A DNA stretch of 64,000 bases, from positions 4,681 through 68,680 of the forward strand of contig CBDBNG010000001.1 in the NCBI GenBank assembly GCA_965207995.1, written 5' to 3'. The position numbers were made by a program, and so were the translations under genes. This document shows positions 9,679-19,223 of the stretch, one piece after another. The notes under the pieces were generated by a model that did no database searches, was not told where the DNA came from, and saw only the letters and a program-made list of their open reading frames with translations. Position 1 is the first letter of the stretch, and every line of letters begins with the position of its first letter. Source of the stretch: Dehalococcoidia bacterium (GTDB lineage Bacteria > Chloroflexota > Dehalococcoidia > SHYB01).

Positions 9679-10837
9679 ACCTCCAGTGCTTCAATAACGT
9701 CCTGATAGCAGCCCCGTTCCCGAGCGGGTCCTTAAGTGCCTCAAGTAGGATATGGGGCAGACTAGGGCCGGGAATGCACGGGTGTGTCAGCGCTGACCTG
9801 ATGAGGACGGGGCGGAAGCGGGATTAGGATGCGGTCAGCCCGACGCAAGTTGCTACAAGCCTCGCGTCGGCTATTGACAGGCTATCGCATGGCGGATGGG
9901 GAGACGCGAGGAGAGTAGACCTCCAGTGACCAGCGCTCACGCTTCCCCGTCACTAGGCGTCACACTACAGGTATCGCAAGTCCTTGGTGCGCCGACAGGC
10001 TGCCAAGCGACATCTCGAAGATGGCGGTATCTACCGTAAGCGGTGGTGGGCCAAGGCGTACCGATTTGCGAACTTTTCGCTGGGAAGTCCTGATCTAAGC
10101 AAGGCCCCGTCAAATCCGGATAGCTCTAACGAGCCTCCGCCCATCCGGTTGGAGGCTCCCTCATTTCTCCAGATGGTCCTATCTCACCGCCAGCCCATGG
10201 GACAACCCTCTCCCATTATCGGCGCTGTGTCAACGTGTGCACAAGACTTGCAATGGCAGATTCACTGTCAGTCAGAGCCGCCATCCAGTGGTGGCTAGGA
10301 TACGAGGGATTAGGAAGGCGACTACGAGCCAGATGACCTCCGAGTGGACGCGGACGGATTCGCCCTCCTTTCGGACAAGCAGGTGGACCCAGTTGCGGAT
10401 GAACCAGATAGCCAGGGCGGGGCGGCATAGAAGAGGGCGTAGCCGAGGCACCGAGGTCAGCCCAGACCTAGTCCCGCGCCCGGGATCCAGGCGAAATCGA
10501 CTGCTTTGGCGATGACTTGACCACTTCAGAGACGATGTTGAAGGCGGTCTAGATGAGCTGGGCGTCGTAGAGGGTGGCGAAGATGACCGGGCGACGTACA
10601 GCACCCAGCACGCCAGCCTCGGTCCGCTGGTTATCCGCACCACAGAAATGCCCAGCCGCCTCCAGATTCCAGTACAGGCCTGCAGCCGTTCGTGACGGCA
10701 CCCCCACTCTTGGCCCGCATCGTTTGTTTTCGGAACAAGCGCCGGCAACGCGGGACGACCTCGTGGCAACTGTCTTCCTGAGCGCAGTTACTGAATCCCA
10801 ATGGCGCGAGGTTGGAACTGATAGAGACGTCCAATGA

Positions 10838-10859
10838 CTGCTGTAGTATACTACAGCAG
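10838..10859. promoter_or_regulatory. Perfect 22-bp palindrome CTGCTGTAGTA|TACTACAGCAG, a candidate operator 27 bp upstream of the HTH gene
   Basis: Seen directly. The reverse complement of ctgctgtagta is tactacagcag. Confidence 0.6.
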
Positions 10860-10886
10860 GGTCTTTAGTCTACGAGGAATCGAGCC

Positions 10887-11114
10887 ATGTATATGCCCGA
10901 GGAACTTACCGTACCCCAAGCAGCGTCCTACCTCAACGTAAGTGAGGAGACGGTTAGACGAAACATAAGGTCGAGACGCCTGAAAGCGTTACGCAGGGGA
11001 ACCCAGTGGTTCATTCCTCGCGATATTCTCGTCGTCTTTGCAAACAGCTACGATCCTAAGACTGGCAAGTTACGATGCCATGAGAGACCGAGTCAAGGAA
11101 ATGGAAGGCTCTAG
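10887..11114 (+). CDS. Excisionase-family (HTH_17) DNA-binding protein. It is either a controller for the downstream MTase operon or an Xis.
   Basis: LTVPQAASYLNVSEETVRRNIRSRRLKALRRGTQWFIPRDIL is a typical HTH_17 / AlpA-Xis helix-turn-helix. It is the first gene of the plus-strand operon. Confidence 0.7.
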   Translation: MYMPEELTVPQAASYLNVSEETVRRNIRSRRLKALRRGTQWFIPRDILVVFANSYDPKTGKLRCHERPSQGNGRL

Positions 11115-11121
11115 GACAACC

Positions 11122-12336
11122 ATGAACGCAGGCACCAAGATTCCCGACTTCTTGGCTGTGGACTTCTATTGTGGAGCCGGGGGTACTACCCGTGGGCTTC
11201 TGGATGCAGGTGGGTATGTGATTTGCGGCATCGACAAGGACGAGACGAACCGTACCTCCTACGAGGACAACAATCGCAACACCACTCTTGACCGACGTAA
11301 GCCGAAGTATCTGGCGCTCGACATGTTTCCTCGCAGCCCGGACCATCCTACAGGGCAACAGCGGGAAATCTGGATTGAGCTAAAGTCTCTTATTCCGCGC
11401 TTTCGCGCCGAGGCCCCGAGCTCACCGTTGCTGTTCGTCATTTGTGCGCCATGTCAATCATTCACCCGATTCATACAGCGTCGAATGACGGTCGACCGAA
11501 CCGAGAGCCGCGAACGCGACCTGAATCTATTGTACCAGACGATAGGGTTCATCAGAGAGTTCCGACCCGAAATGATCATTTCGGAGAATGTGGCGAGCAT
11601 CAGGACTGGTAAGTTCAGCCACATTTGGAGCAATTTTGAGAAAGAGTTGCGAAACCTCGGCTATGCCGTAGGTGAGGATCGAGTCTGCGCGTCGCGCTTC
11701 GGAGTGCCCCAATATCGGCGACGATCGGTCCTGCTGGCGATGCGCGTCGAGAGCCCAGCCGACCTGGTACAGGATTTGCCGGTGCCTACTGCTGATCCCG
11801 ACGCTCCGACTCTTTCCGCGAGGGGAGCTCTCGACCATCTTCCCGACTTGGAGGCAGGGGAGGAATCCGACGACGTTGCAAATCACATTTGTCGAAATAT
11901 CACCGAAGTCAATCGCCGTCGTCTCATGTCTGTCAAACCCGGAGAGGCCAACTGGGGGCTCGCAAAGACCCAGTTCGGTGACCTGTCGCTACCTTGCCAT
12001 CGCAGACTTGCCGCCAAAGGTAAGAAGGGCTTCGGGGACGTGTACACCCGAATGCATCCAGACCGTCCCTCACCAACCTTGACAACGAGGTTCCACAGCA
12101 TTTCGAACGGAAGATTCGGGCACTATGACGAAGAGCAAGTTCGTGGCCTGTCGTTGCGCGAAGGCGCCATTCTTCAATCGTTCGGTGACGAGTATGTATT
12201 TCATGGTGAGAGTATGGACACCATTGCCAGGATGATAGGCAATGCAGTCCCCCCCAAGCTGTCGGCCTACATGGCGAAGTGGCTTCTGAACCTTTGGCAA
12301 GGCCGTTTTCGGAAGCATGTCAACCCAGCAAGTTGA
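11122..12336 (+). CDS. DNA (cytosine-5)-methyltransferase (Dcm-type)
   Basis: C5-MTase motifs are present: I FLAVDFYCGAGG, IV ICAPCQSFT, VI ISENVASI, VIII VPQYRRRSVLL, and C-terminal RMHPDRPSPTLTT and GNAVPP. The start is set at MNAGTK (11122) to avoid overlap with the upstream gene. Confidence 0.9.
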   Translation: MNAGTKIPDFLAVDFYCGAGGTTRGLLDAGGYVICGIDKDETNRTSYEDNNRNTTLDRRKPKYLALDMFPRSPDHPTGQQREIWIELKSLIPRFRAEAPSSPLLFVICAPCQSFTRFIQRRMTVDRTESRERDLNLLYQTIGFIREFRPEMIISENVASIRTGKFSHIWSNFEKELRNLGYAVGEDRVCASRFGVPQYRRRSVLLAMRVESPADLVQDLPVPTADPDAPTLSARGALDHLPDLEAGEESDDVANHICRNITEVNRRRLMSVKPGEANWGLAKTQFGDLSLPCHRRLAAKGKKGFGDVYTRMHPDRPSPTLTTRFHSISNGRFGHYDEEQVRGLSLREGAILQSFGDEYVFHGESMDTIARMIGNAVPPKLSAYMAKWLLNLWQGRFRKHVNPAS

Positions 12337-12343
12337 GGCGGTC

Positions 12344-12760
12344 ATGAGCGATATTCTGACAAAGGAAAGGCGTTCAGAGCTAATGTCCCGTGTCAAGAGC
12401 AGGGACACGTCACCAGAAGTGTTCGTCCGCAGGGCGGCTTGGGACGCTGGGTTTCGCTATCGGCTGAATGTTCGGGAATTGCCAGGGACACCAGACTTAG
12501 TGTTCCGTCGCTACGACACTGTAGCGCTAGTGCAGGGGTGCTTCTGGCACTGCCACAATTGCCGCAAAGGACGGCGCCGCCCGACTTCCAACCAAGCTTT
12601 CTGGAATCGCAAACTAGATGGTAACGAAGCGAGGGACGCCGCGAATCAAGCGAGGCTCCGGGAGATGGGCTGGACAGTGCTCTTGATTTGGGAATGCCAG
12701 CTTTATGAAGGGACAGAAGCCCTATTGGCACACCTTGGAGAGCTTCGGTCCGCTAGATGA
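12344..12760 (+). CDS. vsr: Very-short-patch repair endonuclease (Vsr)
   Basis: DTSPEVFVRRAAWDAGFRYRLNVRELPGTPDLVFRRYDTVALVQGCFWHCHNC...NQAFWNRKLDGNEARD...GWTVLLIWECQL matches the Vsr signature. RBS GAGG lies upstream of ATG 12344. Confidence 0.85.
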   Translation: MSDILTKERRSELMSRVKSRDTSPEVFVRRAAWDAGFRYRLNVRELPGTPDLVFRRYDTVALVQGCFWHCHNCRKGRRRPTSNQAFWNRKLDGNEARDAANQARLREMGWTVLLIWECQLYEGTEALLAHLGELRSAR

Positions 12761-15700
12761 GCAATTCTATGAATCAGGTCACGGCACAATTCACGGCTAG
12801 CGCTCGTACCGTTGATATGCTGGGACGCCAGCAGATTGCGGGCATTCCGAATGCCATCAGCGAATTATTTAAGAACGCGTACGATGCGTACGCAGATCGT
12901 GTAGTCGTCGAATACTACCAGCCTGAACACCTATTGGTTCTCTGGGACAATGGGCTAGGTATGACCAGGGAGGACATAGAGCAGAAGTGGTTGGTACTGG
13001 GCACCGACAGTAAGGTCGGAGACAGGAAAGGGGACTTGTCCGCCATAGCGAAGGAACTAGGCTTGGAGCACCGGAACACGGTTGGAGAGAAGGGCATCGG
13101 TCGCCTCGCAATAGGGGTAATCGGGCCACAGGTCTTGCTGCTTAGTCGGGCAAAGCGAGTTAGAGAATCACCGAAGATGGTTGCTGTTTTCGTTAACTGG
13201 TCTTTGTTTGAACTCCCGGGCGTGTCTCTGAATGAAATAGTAGTTCCGTTAAGGGAGTTTGACCACGGGATATTGCCAAACAAGGCCACTGTAGCCAGCA
13301 TGGTGGACGAAGTCAGGCAGAATCTCAAGCGGCTGCGGCGTACCGGGGACGAGGCAAGAATCAAGGAAATCGAGCAACAATTGGATGGATTCGATTTCGA
13401 TCCCGCTGCCATGCAAGCAAGATTCGGTGATTCGACCTTGAGTAATGCTGGCTTTGGCACTCAGTTCTACATTCACCCCGTTGACAGTGTCCTCAATGAG
13501 GCCCTGGAGGAGAGACAGCGTGCTAGAACGGTAGGGACCCGAGCAGCAAGGCTGAAACTGCGCAATATGCTGGTTGGCTTCACGAACACGATGGTTCACG
13601 AAGATGTCCAGCCACCCATAAGTACCGAGTTCTATTACTATCCCAAAATGGACGTACGCGTGCCGATAATAGGCAGCGAAGAGTTCTTCACCCCCGAAGA
13701 ATTCGCTTCTGCGGATCATCACATTAGTGGCAGGTTTGATGAACGGGGACAATTCACAGGCACTGTCTCTGTGTACGGCAACGCAGTAAACAATCATGTC
13801 ATTTCGTGGCCGGAAGGTAGAGGCGAAACGGCCGACTGCGGGCCATTTCATTTGAATCTAGCCTATGTCCAGGGTCAAGAGTTCGAGACGCGCATGTATG
13901 TAGAGGATTGGCGTAACCTCAACCGCAAGCTGGATGAGATGGGCGGGCTATACATCTACCGAAATGGGATCCGGATCCTTCCCTACGGCGATCCGGACGT
14001 CGATTTCTTGAGGTTCGAGGAACGACGTTCTAGAAGGGCAGCCACCTATTTTTTCTCCTATCGGCGGATGTTTGGGACGATAGAACTTTCAAACGACCGA
14101 AGATATAGGCTGCAGGAGAAAGCGGGACGCGAAGGTTTCATGGAGAACCGTGCGTTTCGGCAGTTTAGAGATATCCTAGAGCACTTTTTTACACAACTGG
14201 CTGCCGATTTCTTCCGCGAAGATTCTCCTAGCGGCACTTTCCAGGTGGAGCGAGAGGAACTTAGCCGTCAAGCCAAGGCAGCTCGACTAAGGGACAAGGA
14301 AGTTGCTCCTGTCCGATCAAGATTTGTCCGTGAATTGCGCCGCATTAAGTCTGACGTTGAGTCTGGAACGTTCGAGGACCGTGTCGAAGAAGTCATAGAA
14401 AGACTGGGATCGGACTTAAACAATAGTGCTGCTCTTCTAGACCCCAGGGAAAGGCAAGGGGCTATCGTGGCGGCGAGCCTAACGGCTGTAAATGAGATCG
14501 AGAACTTACGAGCAAGGTACAGGCCCCCCGAGCCTGAGGGATTCGGAGCCAACCAGTCGTTGCGACGGGAATTGAACGAGTACGGTCTGTTGTTTGCCAG
14601 TAAGGAGGACCGGGTACTAAGGCCTGCTTCGATCCGGGTCGAAGAGATGCTGTGGGAGTCAAGCGAGATATCTGGCCTCGCCTCTGACCGTCAGAGACTT
14701 CTGAAGGATCGTCTCGACCGCTTGATCGAGTCAGAGGTAACCGCTTTAGATTCCGATACCCAAAAGGCCTCTGAAGAGGTCGACCGAGTCTCTCAAATGG
14801 CAAAGGAGGCGTTATCCACGCAAGCCATAGAACTTAGGAACACCCTTGACATGATTGTTTCCAGGGTGGAAGAGAGCTCCCTTGACTTGTTGTCTGACAG
14901 CGAGCTGGCGAGCTTGGCGGTTTCGATGACGTCCGAGATATCAATCTTGAGTGAGGCCAAGCACCGCATAATAGACGACATAAGGAAGCAGTTCGCCATT
15001 GTGAATGTCCACCCGGACGAATCAGGAACACTGATCACCCAAGGTGATGTCGTCGGCGCTATGGAGGAGGACATAGATTCCTTAAGGCACGACTCCTTCA
15101 GAGACTTGGAGTATGTGCAACTAGGAATGACCATCGGCATCATTGATCATGAGCTCCAAGCCGTCATCCGGTCGCTACGCCTTAACCTGGGGAGACTCCG
15201 GTCTTGGGCGGTAAGGAACGAAGACCTGGCTGAAGTCTATCAAGGCATCCGAGTCAATTTTGACCATTTGGATAGCTATTTGCGATTGCTCACGCCACTG
15301 CAACGTCGCTCACGGAGAACCCTTTCTGAAATCAAGGGTTCGGCCATCTACAACTTCATCGAAGAATTGTTTGCTACGCGGTTTGCCGAACACGATATAA
15401 GACTAGAGCAGGCAACGGCTTTTGAGAACTATTCTCTGGTCAGCTACCCCTCTACGTTTTATCCTGTCTTCATTAATTTAGTTGACAACGCGATGTACTG
15501 GCTACAACGTCGGCAATCTGGACGTGTTATAAGCTTCGATGTCGAGGGAGATGCTCTGCTAGTCCGTGATAACGGGCCCGGAATCTCTGCCTTGGATCGT
15601 GAAGCAGTGTTTGAAGCTGGTTTCACTCGCAAACCTGGAGGAATGGGGCTTGGATTGTATATCGCAAGGAGTCAGTTGAGGCAAGTTAACTATGACATTG

Positions 15701-15780
15701 AGATTCTCGACCCTCCGAATGGTGAAGGAGTGACATTCAGGATAGCTCCTCTGGAGGCAGTTAATGACCGGAGTCAATAG
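12757..15780 (+). CDS. 1007-aa protein with two GHKL ATPase domains. The N-terminal domain is MutL/MORC/Hsp90-like and the C-terminal domain is a histidine-kinase-type HATPase_c, with a long coiled-coil middle. Function unknown.
   Basis: N-terminal Bergerat motifs are ISELFKNAYDAYA, LWDNGLGMTREDI and GEKGIGRLAIGV. C-terminal HK motifs are FINLVDNAMYWL (N box), VRDNGPGIS (G1) and GGMGLGLYIARSQL (G2), with a possible H-box IIDHELQAVIRSL. The start ATG overlaps the vsr stop (ATGA). Confidence 0.7.
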   Translation: MSNSMNQVTAQFTASARTVDMLGRQQIAGIPNAISELFKNAYDAYADRVVVEYYQPEHLLVLWDNGLGMTREDIEQKWLVLGTDSKVGDRKGDLSAIAKELGLEHRNTVGEKGIGRLAIGVIGPQVLLLSRAKRVRESPKMVAVFVNWSLFELPGVSLNEIVVPLREFDHGILPNKATVASMVDEVRQNLKRLRRTGDEARIKEIEQQLDGFDFDPAAMQARFGDSTLSNAGFGTQFYIHPVDSVLNEALEERQRARTVGTRAARLKLRNMLVGFTNTMVHEDVQPPISTEFYYYPKMDVRVPIIGSEEFFTPEEFASADHHISGRFDERGQFTGTVSVYGNAVNNHVISWPEGRGETADCGPFHLNLAYVQGQEFETRMYVEDWRNLNRKLDEMGGLYIYRNGIRILPYGDPDVDFLRFEERRSRRAATYFFSYRRMFGTIELSNDRRYRLQEKAGREGFMENRAFRQFRDILEHFFTQLAADFFREDSPSGTFQVEREELSRQAKAARLRDKEVAPVRSRFVRELRRIKSDVESGTFEDRVEEVIERLGSDLNNSAALLDPRERQGAIVAASLTAVNEIENLRARYRPPEPEGFGANQSLRRELNEYGLLFASKEDRVLRPASIRVEEMLWESSEISGLASDRQRLLKDRLDRLIESEVTALDSDTQKASEEVDRVSQMAKEALSTQAIELRNTLDMIVSRVEESSLDLLSDSELASLAVSMTSEISILSEAKHRIIDDIRKQFAIVNVHPDESGTLITQGDVVGAMEEDIDSLRHDSFRDLEYVQLGMTIGIIDHELQAVIRSLRLNLGRLRSWAVRNEDLAEVYQGIRVNFDHLDSYLRLLTPLQRRSRRTLSEIKGSAIYNFIEELFATRFAEHDIRLEQATAFENYSLVSYPSTFYPVFINLVDNAMYWLQRRQSGRVISFDVEGDALLVRDNGPGISALDREAVFEAGFTRKPGGMGLGLYIARSQLRQVNYDIEILDPPNGEGVTFRIAPLEAVNDRSQ

Positions 15781-17467
15781 CTCGCTCGATTACGCCAGCC
15801 AATCGAGAGGAATCGCACAGCGATTTCTTCGTAATGTCCTTTTGCTGGACGACCGAGCCTCCATGGGGCCTTCGCGTATTTTGAGTAGACGGCAATCTGC
15901 TTTGGAGACCCCTGGTCCTGAATCCGTCGACGTTGAATTGCCTGCCGCTGGCCAGGTATTGGCTGGCGCGGAGTCTTTAGACGCTAAAGAGGTTGTTAGA
16001 GGGTTTGCCAAACTGGGCCTAATGTGTGCCCCGTTAGTCCCTGATATCGATGGTGCAGGAGAAGAAGATACTTTCGTGAACGATTTTTGCGAGGCTGCAG
16101 AAAGGGCAGACATCCTGGTTCTCGATTGGTGGATGAGCGGCAATCGGAATTGGAGCAAGCCTCAGTTGGCGCAAAGAGTGATTCGGAGAATTATTGAACG
16201 AGACCAAACTGCCGGGGGTAGGTTACGCTTAGTTGCAATCTATACTGGAGAACCAAATACAACTCGAATTCTGGAGAAGCTGAAGACTTTGGTGCGGCAA
16301 CGATATCAAGGATTCAACCTGTTGCCTGCAGAGGTGGCTGGTCAACCGAACGTTGATTGGCTGTCCAAAGGTCCATTCCGCTTGGTGGTCATTCCGAAGA
16401 ACCCTGGAGCAACTGTAGGTGATCCAATAGCGGGACGTGATTTGGCAGATCGGCTGGTACAGGAGTACTCACAGTTAACGCGTGGGTTACTGCGAAACGT
16501 AGCATTCTGTGGATTAGCGGCTTTGAGAGAGCGTGCCCATCAGTTGCTTGCTACCTTTGAGAATGACATTGACCCTGCATTCCTTATCCATCGAGCATTG
16601 CTAGATGATACTAATGACGCCGAATCCCATGTCATTGAGATACTGGGTTCGGAGTTGTTGGCAATTCTCGAAGACCAAGAAGTAGGTGCGGAAGTTGGAG
16701 ACAATGCCATAGATAGGTGGCTGAGTCACTATGGACAAGATGCATTCGTCAACGTGAGCGGCTTATTGAAGTGGGGACAGAGCACGATCGATGCATGGAG
16801 TCGAGTCTTGACTCGCGGCGCGGGCTACAACGGTCGTCCGGAAGGGGTGTCGAGGAAGGATGTGGACGAATTGGTTGAAGTGCTGAGAAGCGACGGAACG
16901 CAAGCTCTACTACCTAGAGAAGGGAACCTTAATGATGATAGCTATCAGGAGATGGCTCGGCAAGCAAACTTCAAACTCGCTTCTTTGATGAATACAAGAA
17001 ATGTGTACACAGACAAACATCCATATTTGACGTTAGGGACAGTTCTGTTTCGTAAACGCGACGGGAAGTACTTTGTTTGCCTCCAGCCGAAGTGCGATTC
17101 CGTTCATTTGAGGGGAAGCAGACCCTTTCCTTTACTTTCGCTGTCCATTGCGGAAGAGCATAGCAAATACAATTTAGTCCTCAGAGATGAAGGATTGGAG
17201 AACGAATGGGTCTGGCTCGTTGTCCGAGCGGGATCTAGGAGTCTCGAATTGCCTACATTCACGCCTGAAGAAACGTCTGGGAAGGTTATCGCGACAAAGA
17301 GAGCCGGGGGTCTTTCTTTCAAGGATGACAAGAATGCGGTATATCGTTGGGTGGCTGCGATGAAGGATGAACATGCCCTGAGGATTGTAAACGAACTTGC
17401 CTCTAATCTGGCTAGGCCGGGCCCAAACGACTCAGAATGGCTACGACGCAACTTCCCGCAGACATAG
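15764..17467 (+). CDS. 567-aa protein with N-terminal receiver (REC)-like domain and uncharacterised C-terminal region
   Basis: REC-like landmarks are NVLLLDD (beta1 acidic pair), ADILVLDWWM (phospho-acceptor Asp position) and LRLVAIYTGEP (Thr position). No recognisable effector motif was seen in the C-terminal 400 aa. It overlaps the upstream gene by 17 nt. Confidence 0.55.
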   Translation: MTGVNSSLDYASQSRGIAQRFLRNVLLLDDRASMGPSRILSRRQSALETPGPESVDVELPAAGQVLAGAESLDAKEVVRGFAKLGLMCAPLVPDIDGAGEEDTFVNDFCEAAERADILVLDWWMSGNRNWSKPQLAQRVIRRIIERDQTAGGRLRLVAIYTGEPNTTRILEKLKTLVRQRYQGFNLLPAEVAGQPNVDWLSKGPFRLVVIPKNPGATVGDPIAGRDLADRLVQEYSQLTRGLLRNVAFCGLAALRERAHQLLATFENDIDPAFLIHRALLDDTNDAESHVIEILGSELLAILEDQEVGAEVGDNAIDRWLSHYGQDAFVNVSGLLKWGQSTIDAWSRVLTRGAGYNGRPEGVSRKDVDELVEVLRSDGTQALLPREGNLNDDSYQEMARQANFKLASLMNTRNVYTDKHPYLTLGTVLFRKRDGKYFVCLQPKCDSVHLRGSRPFPLLSLSIAEEHSKYNLVLRDEGLENEWVWLVVRAGSRSLELPTFTPEETSGKVIATKRAGGLSFKDDKNAVYRWVAAMKDEHALRIVNELASNLARPGPNDSEWLRRNFPQT

Positions 17468-17746
17468 GTGGCTCGGTATGCAGGAGGCTTACGACCTGAG
17501 GCAGGCGCGAGGGCGAGCAATGGGGAAACGTGGTTGAGGACTCTAGGACTGCCATTCTGAGGCAGTTAGCGGAGAGAGACCATCTCCAAGGCTCTTGAGA
17601 TTGCGAACGAGATGAATCTTCAAGCCACCGACGGGTCACGTAGCTTGAGGGTCTCACGGAGCAAGTAGGCCCCTATATCAGAGCATGGGATGTTGACGAG
17701 TGCTACCTCACGGAGGAATTGACGCCTCAGAAATTCGCGACGGCAA

Positions 17747-18361
17747 TCAATCTCCCTTCACCCCGGCAGACTGGTGCTTGCGGACGTACTGGTCGAAGCG
17801 GTCCGCATATTCTCCAACCAATTGAACTGTTCTCGCTCCCATCCCCAGCAGGCTCGCGTTACCAGGGCTGTCCAGCGTCAGCAGAGGCTTACCCGTTTCA
17901 GCGAGCTTGTGGGCAAAGGCTTCAGTCTTACTTCCGGGTGCTGCGTGAGCGATGAAGACTCGCTGGGCGAGGTCGGCTACCAGATCATTGCGCTGGGCTG
18001 CGAGCTCCGCGGTCGGTCGTCGGGCTGTGGCCGGGAAGGGCGACAGGACCAGCAGGCGGCCGTCGTCTAGAGTTGGGCGCCATTCGCGAGGGATTCGCAT
18101 GTTGTCGATGCCGCGGGCCGGGCAGACGACCACCGGCTGACTTCCTCGAAGCAGCAGACGCAGACATTCCCGCTCCATCGGAGTTTGGAAGCCGCCGATG
18201 ACGGGAACGCCGGCATCGCGCATGGCTCTGGCAAGGTCATAGGTCTTCAGGATGAGATTGCCGGGGCAGCGATTGGAGCAGAACATGGCCGTAAGGGTCT
18301 CGTCAAGCAGGCTTAGGTTGCCCTTCGACTTGACTTCCGGTAGTAGCTCCAAGTTCACCAT
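17747..18361 (-). CDS. Stand-alone SLOG-superfamily (DprA/Smf/LOG-like Rossmann) domain protein
   Basis: GVPVIGGFQTPMERECLRLLLRGSQPVVVCPARGID...LLVLSPFP resembles the DprA/LOG Rossmann core. It lies directly downstream of an SMODS-like NTase on the same strand. Confidence 0.5.
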   Translation of the reverse strand: MVNLELLPEVKSKGNLSLLDETLTAMFCSNRCPGNLILKTYDLARAMRDAGVPVIGGFQTPMERECLRLLLRGSQPVVVCPARGIDNMRIPREWRPTLDDGRLLVLSPFPATARRPTAELAAQRNDLVADLAQRVFIAHAAPGSKTEAFAHKLAETGKPLLTLDSPGNASLLGMGARTVQLVGEYADRFDQYVRKHQSAGVKGD

Positions 18362-18377
18362 GCCGCCCCCGTCTGCC

Positions 18378-19223
18378 TTAGTTCCCTATGCAGAACAGGG
18401 CGTTGAACGCTGTCCTGGTCTTGCAGCGCTTGACCTCGGCGCGCATCTGTCCAAAGTACGTTGAGGCCCGCTGGCGAGTTCCAGAATCTGCCGGGCCAAG
18501 ATATTCGTCCACGTATCTCGACTGCCCCGTGGAATCTTTGATCGGACTCTTTACCGCATCCATCGAGTGCCCCAATAGGTGAATCAGCATGTTCTTCGGG
18601 TCGAGGGGTCCTTGATAGCCCTTGAACGCGTCGATTGCTAGAGACTCCATGTGGTAGCCACTGATCTTCCTGCTGGGACGGCTGATGAAACAGTCCGCCA
18701 TCGCCTTGGCAAGTTTGATTACCGGAACTACTCTGCCGTCCCTCGCCGTATTGACTTTGGCGAGGTTCCGGGCAAAGTCATCAGGCCGCGCCACGTTGCT
18801 CCACTGGTTGCTCCCCGGGTTGGCAATCCGAACGCCGCCAGTATTGGTCCGTAAGGCGGGCAGTATCTGAATCTCCGTCCCGTCGGAGTAGCTGACCGTC
18901 ACCGCTAGATTGCCCGCGCTTACGGTATTCTGCCGAAGCCGATCCTGGATGGTCTCCCGCACGTACTCTATGGCTCTTGCAGGAGGCTGATTTACAAGCG
19001 AAGACTGGTTCACTATGAGTAGAGCGTCGACATCGCTGAGGCCGGTCACGTAAGTGCCCTTCCGCACCGAACCGCCGAACATGGTTTGCACGACATCGCC
19101 CTTCTGCCTGAGGAACCCACACAAGTTTTCCAGACGCTGAGTGACAGTCTGCGTGTTCCTGCGGGCGTACTGTGCGAGCAATGCCTCGCAGTATTCATTG
19201 AACCTATCGTCTGGCACGGTCAT
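18378..19223 (-). CDS. SMODS / CD-NTase-like nucleotidyltransferase (Pol-beta superfamily)
   Basis: The FGGSVRKGTYVTGLSDVDALLIV motif is GS-x9-11-SDxD, with a later acidic residue in SYSDGTE. The start is set at MTVPDD (ATG 19223), which overlaps the vapC stop as ATGA. Confidence 0.6.
   Translation of the reverse strand: MTVPDDRFNEYCEALLAQYARRNTQTVTQRLENLCGFLRQKGDVVQTMFGGSVRKGTYVTGLSDVDALLIVNQSSLVNQPPARAIEYVRETIQDRLRQNTVSAGNLAVTVSYSDGTEIQILPALRTNTGGVRIANPGSNQWSNVARPDDFARNLAKVNTARDGRVVPVIKLAKAMADCFISRPSRKISGYHMESLAIDAFKGYQGPLDPKNMLIHLLGHSMDAVKSPIKDSTGQSRYVDEYLGPADSGTRQRASTYFGQMRAEVKRCKTRTAFNALFCIGN

Noticed and set aside
9984-10769. ORFs 9984-10298 (+), 10237-10515 (+) and 10272-10769 (-)
   Set aside because: Their translations are low-complexity, Pro/Ser/Arg-rich and mutually overlapping. 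The region is more likely a decayed junction of the island than coding.
9700-10900. Direct repeat of the tRNA-Val 3' end that would mark attL of the island
   Set aside because: Only weak 7-10-mer matches (for example GGTGGTGGGC near 10045, CTGACCT near 9796) were found by eye. This is not convincing without an alignment tool.
12869-13851. Minus-strand ORFs inside the GHKL gene (12869-13129, 12915-13460, 13249-13851)
   Set aside because: They are antisense to a well-supported plus-strand gene with clear ATPase motifs.
17468-17746. Possible intrinsic terminators in the convergent gap between the two defence operons
   Set aside because: Only short, imperfect stems without U-tracts were seen. 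Nothing could be stated with confidence.
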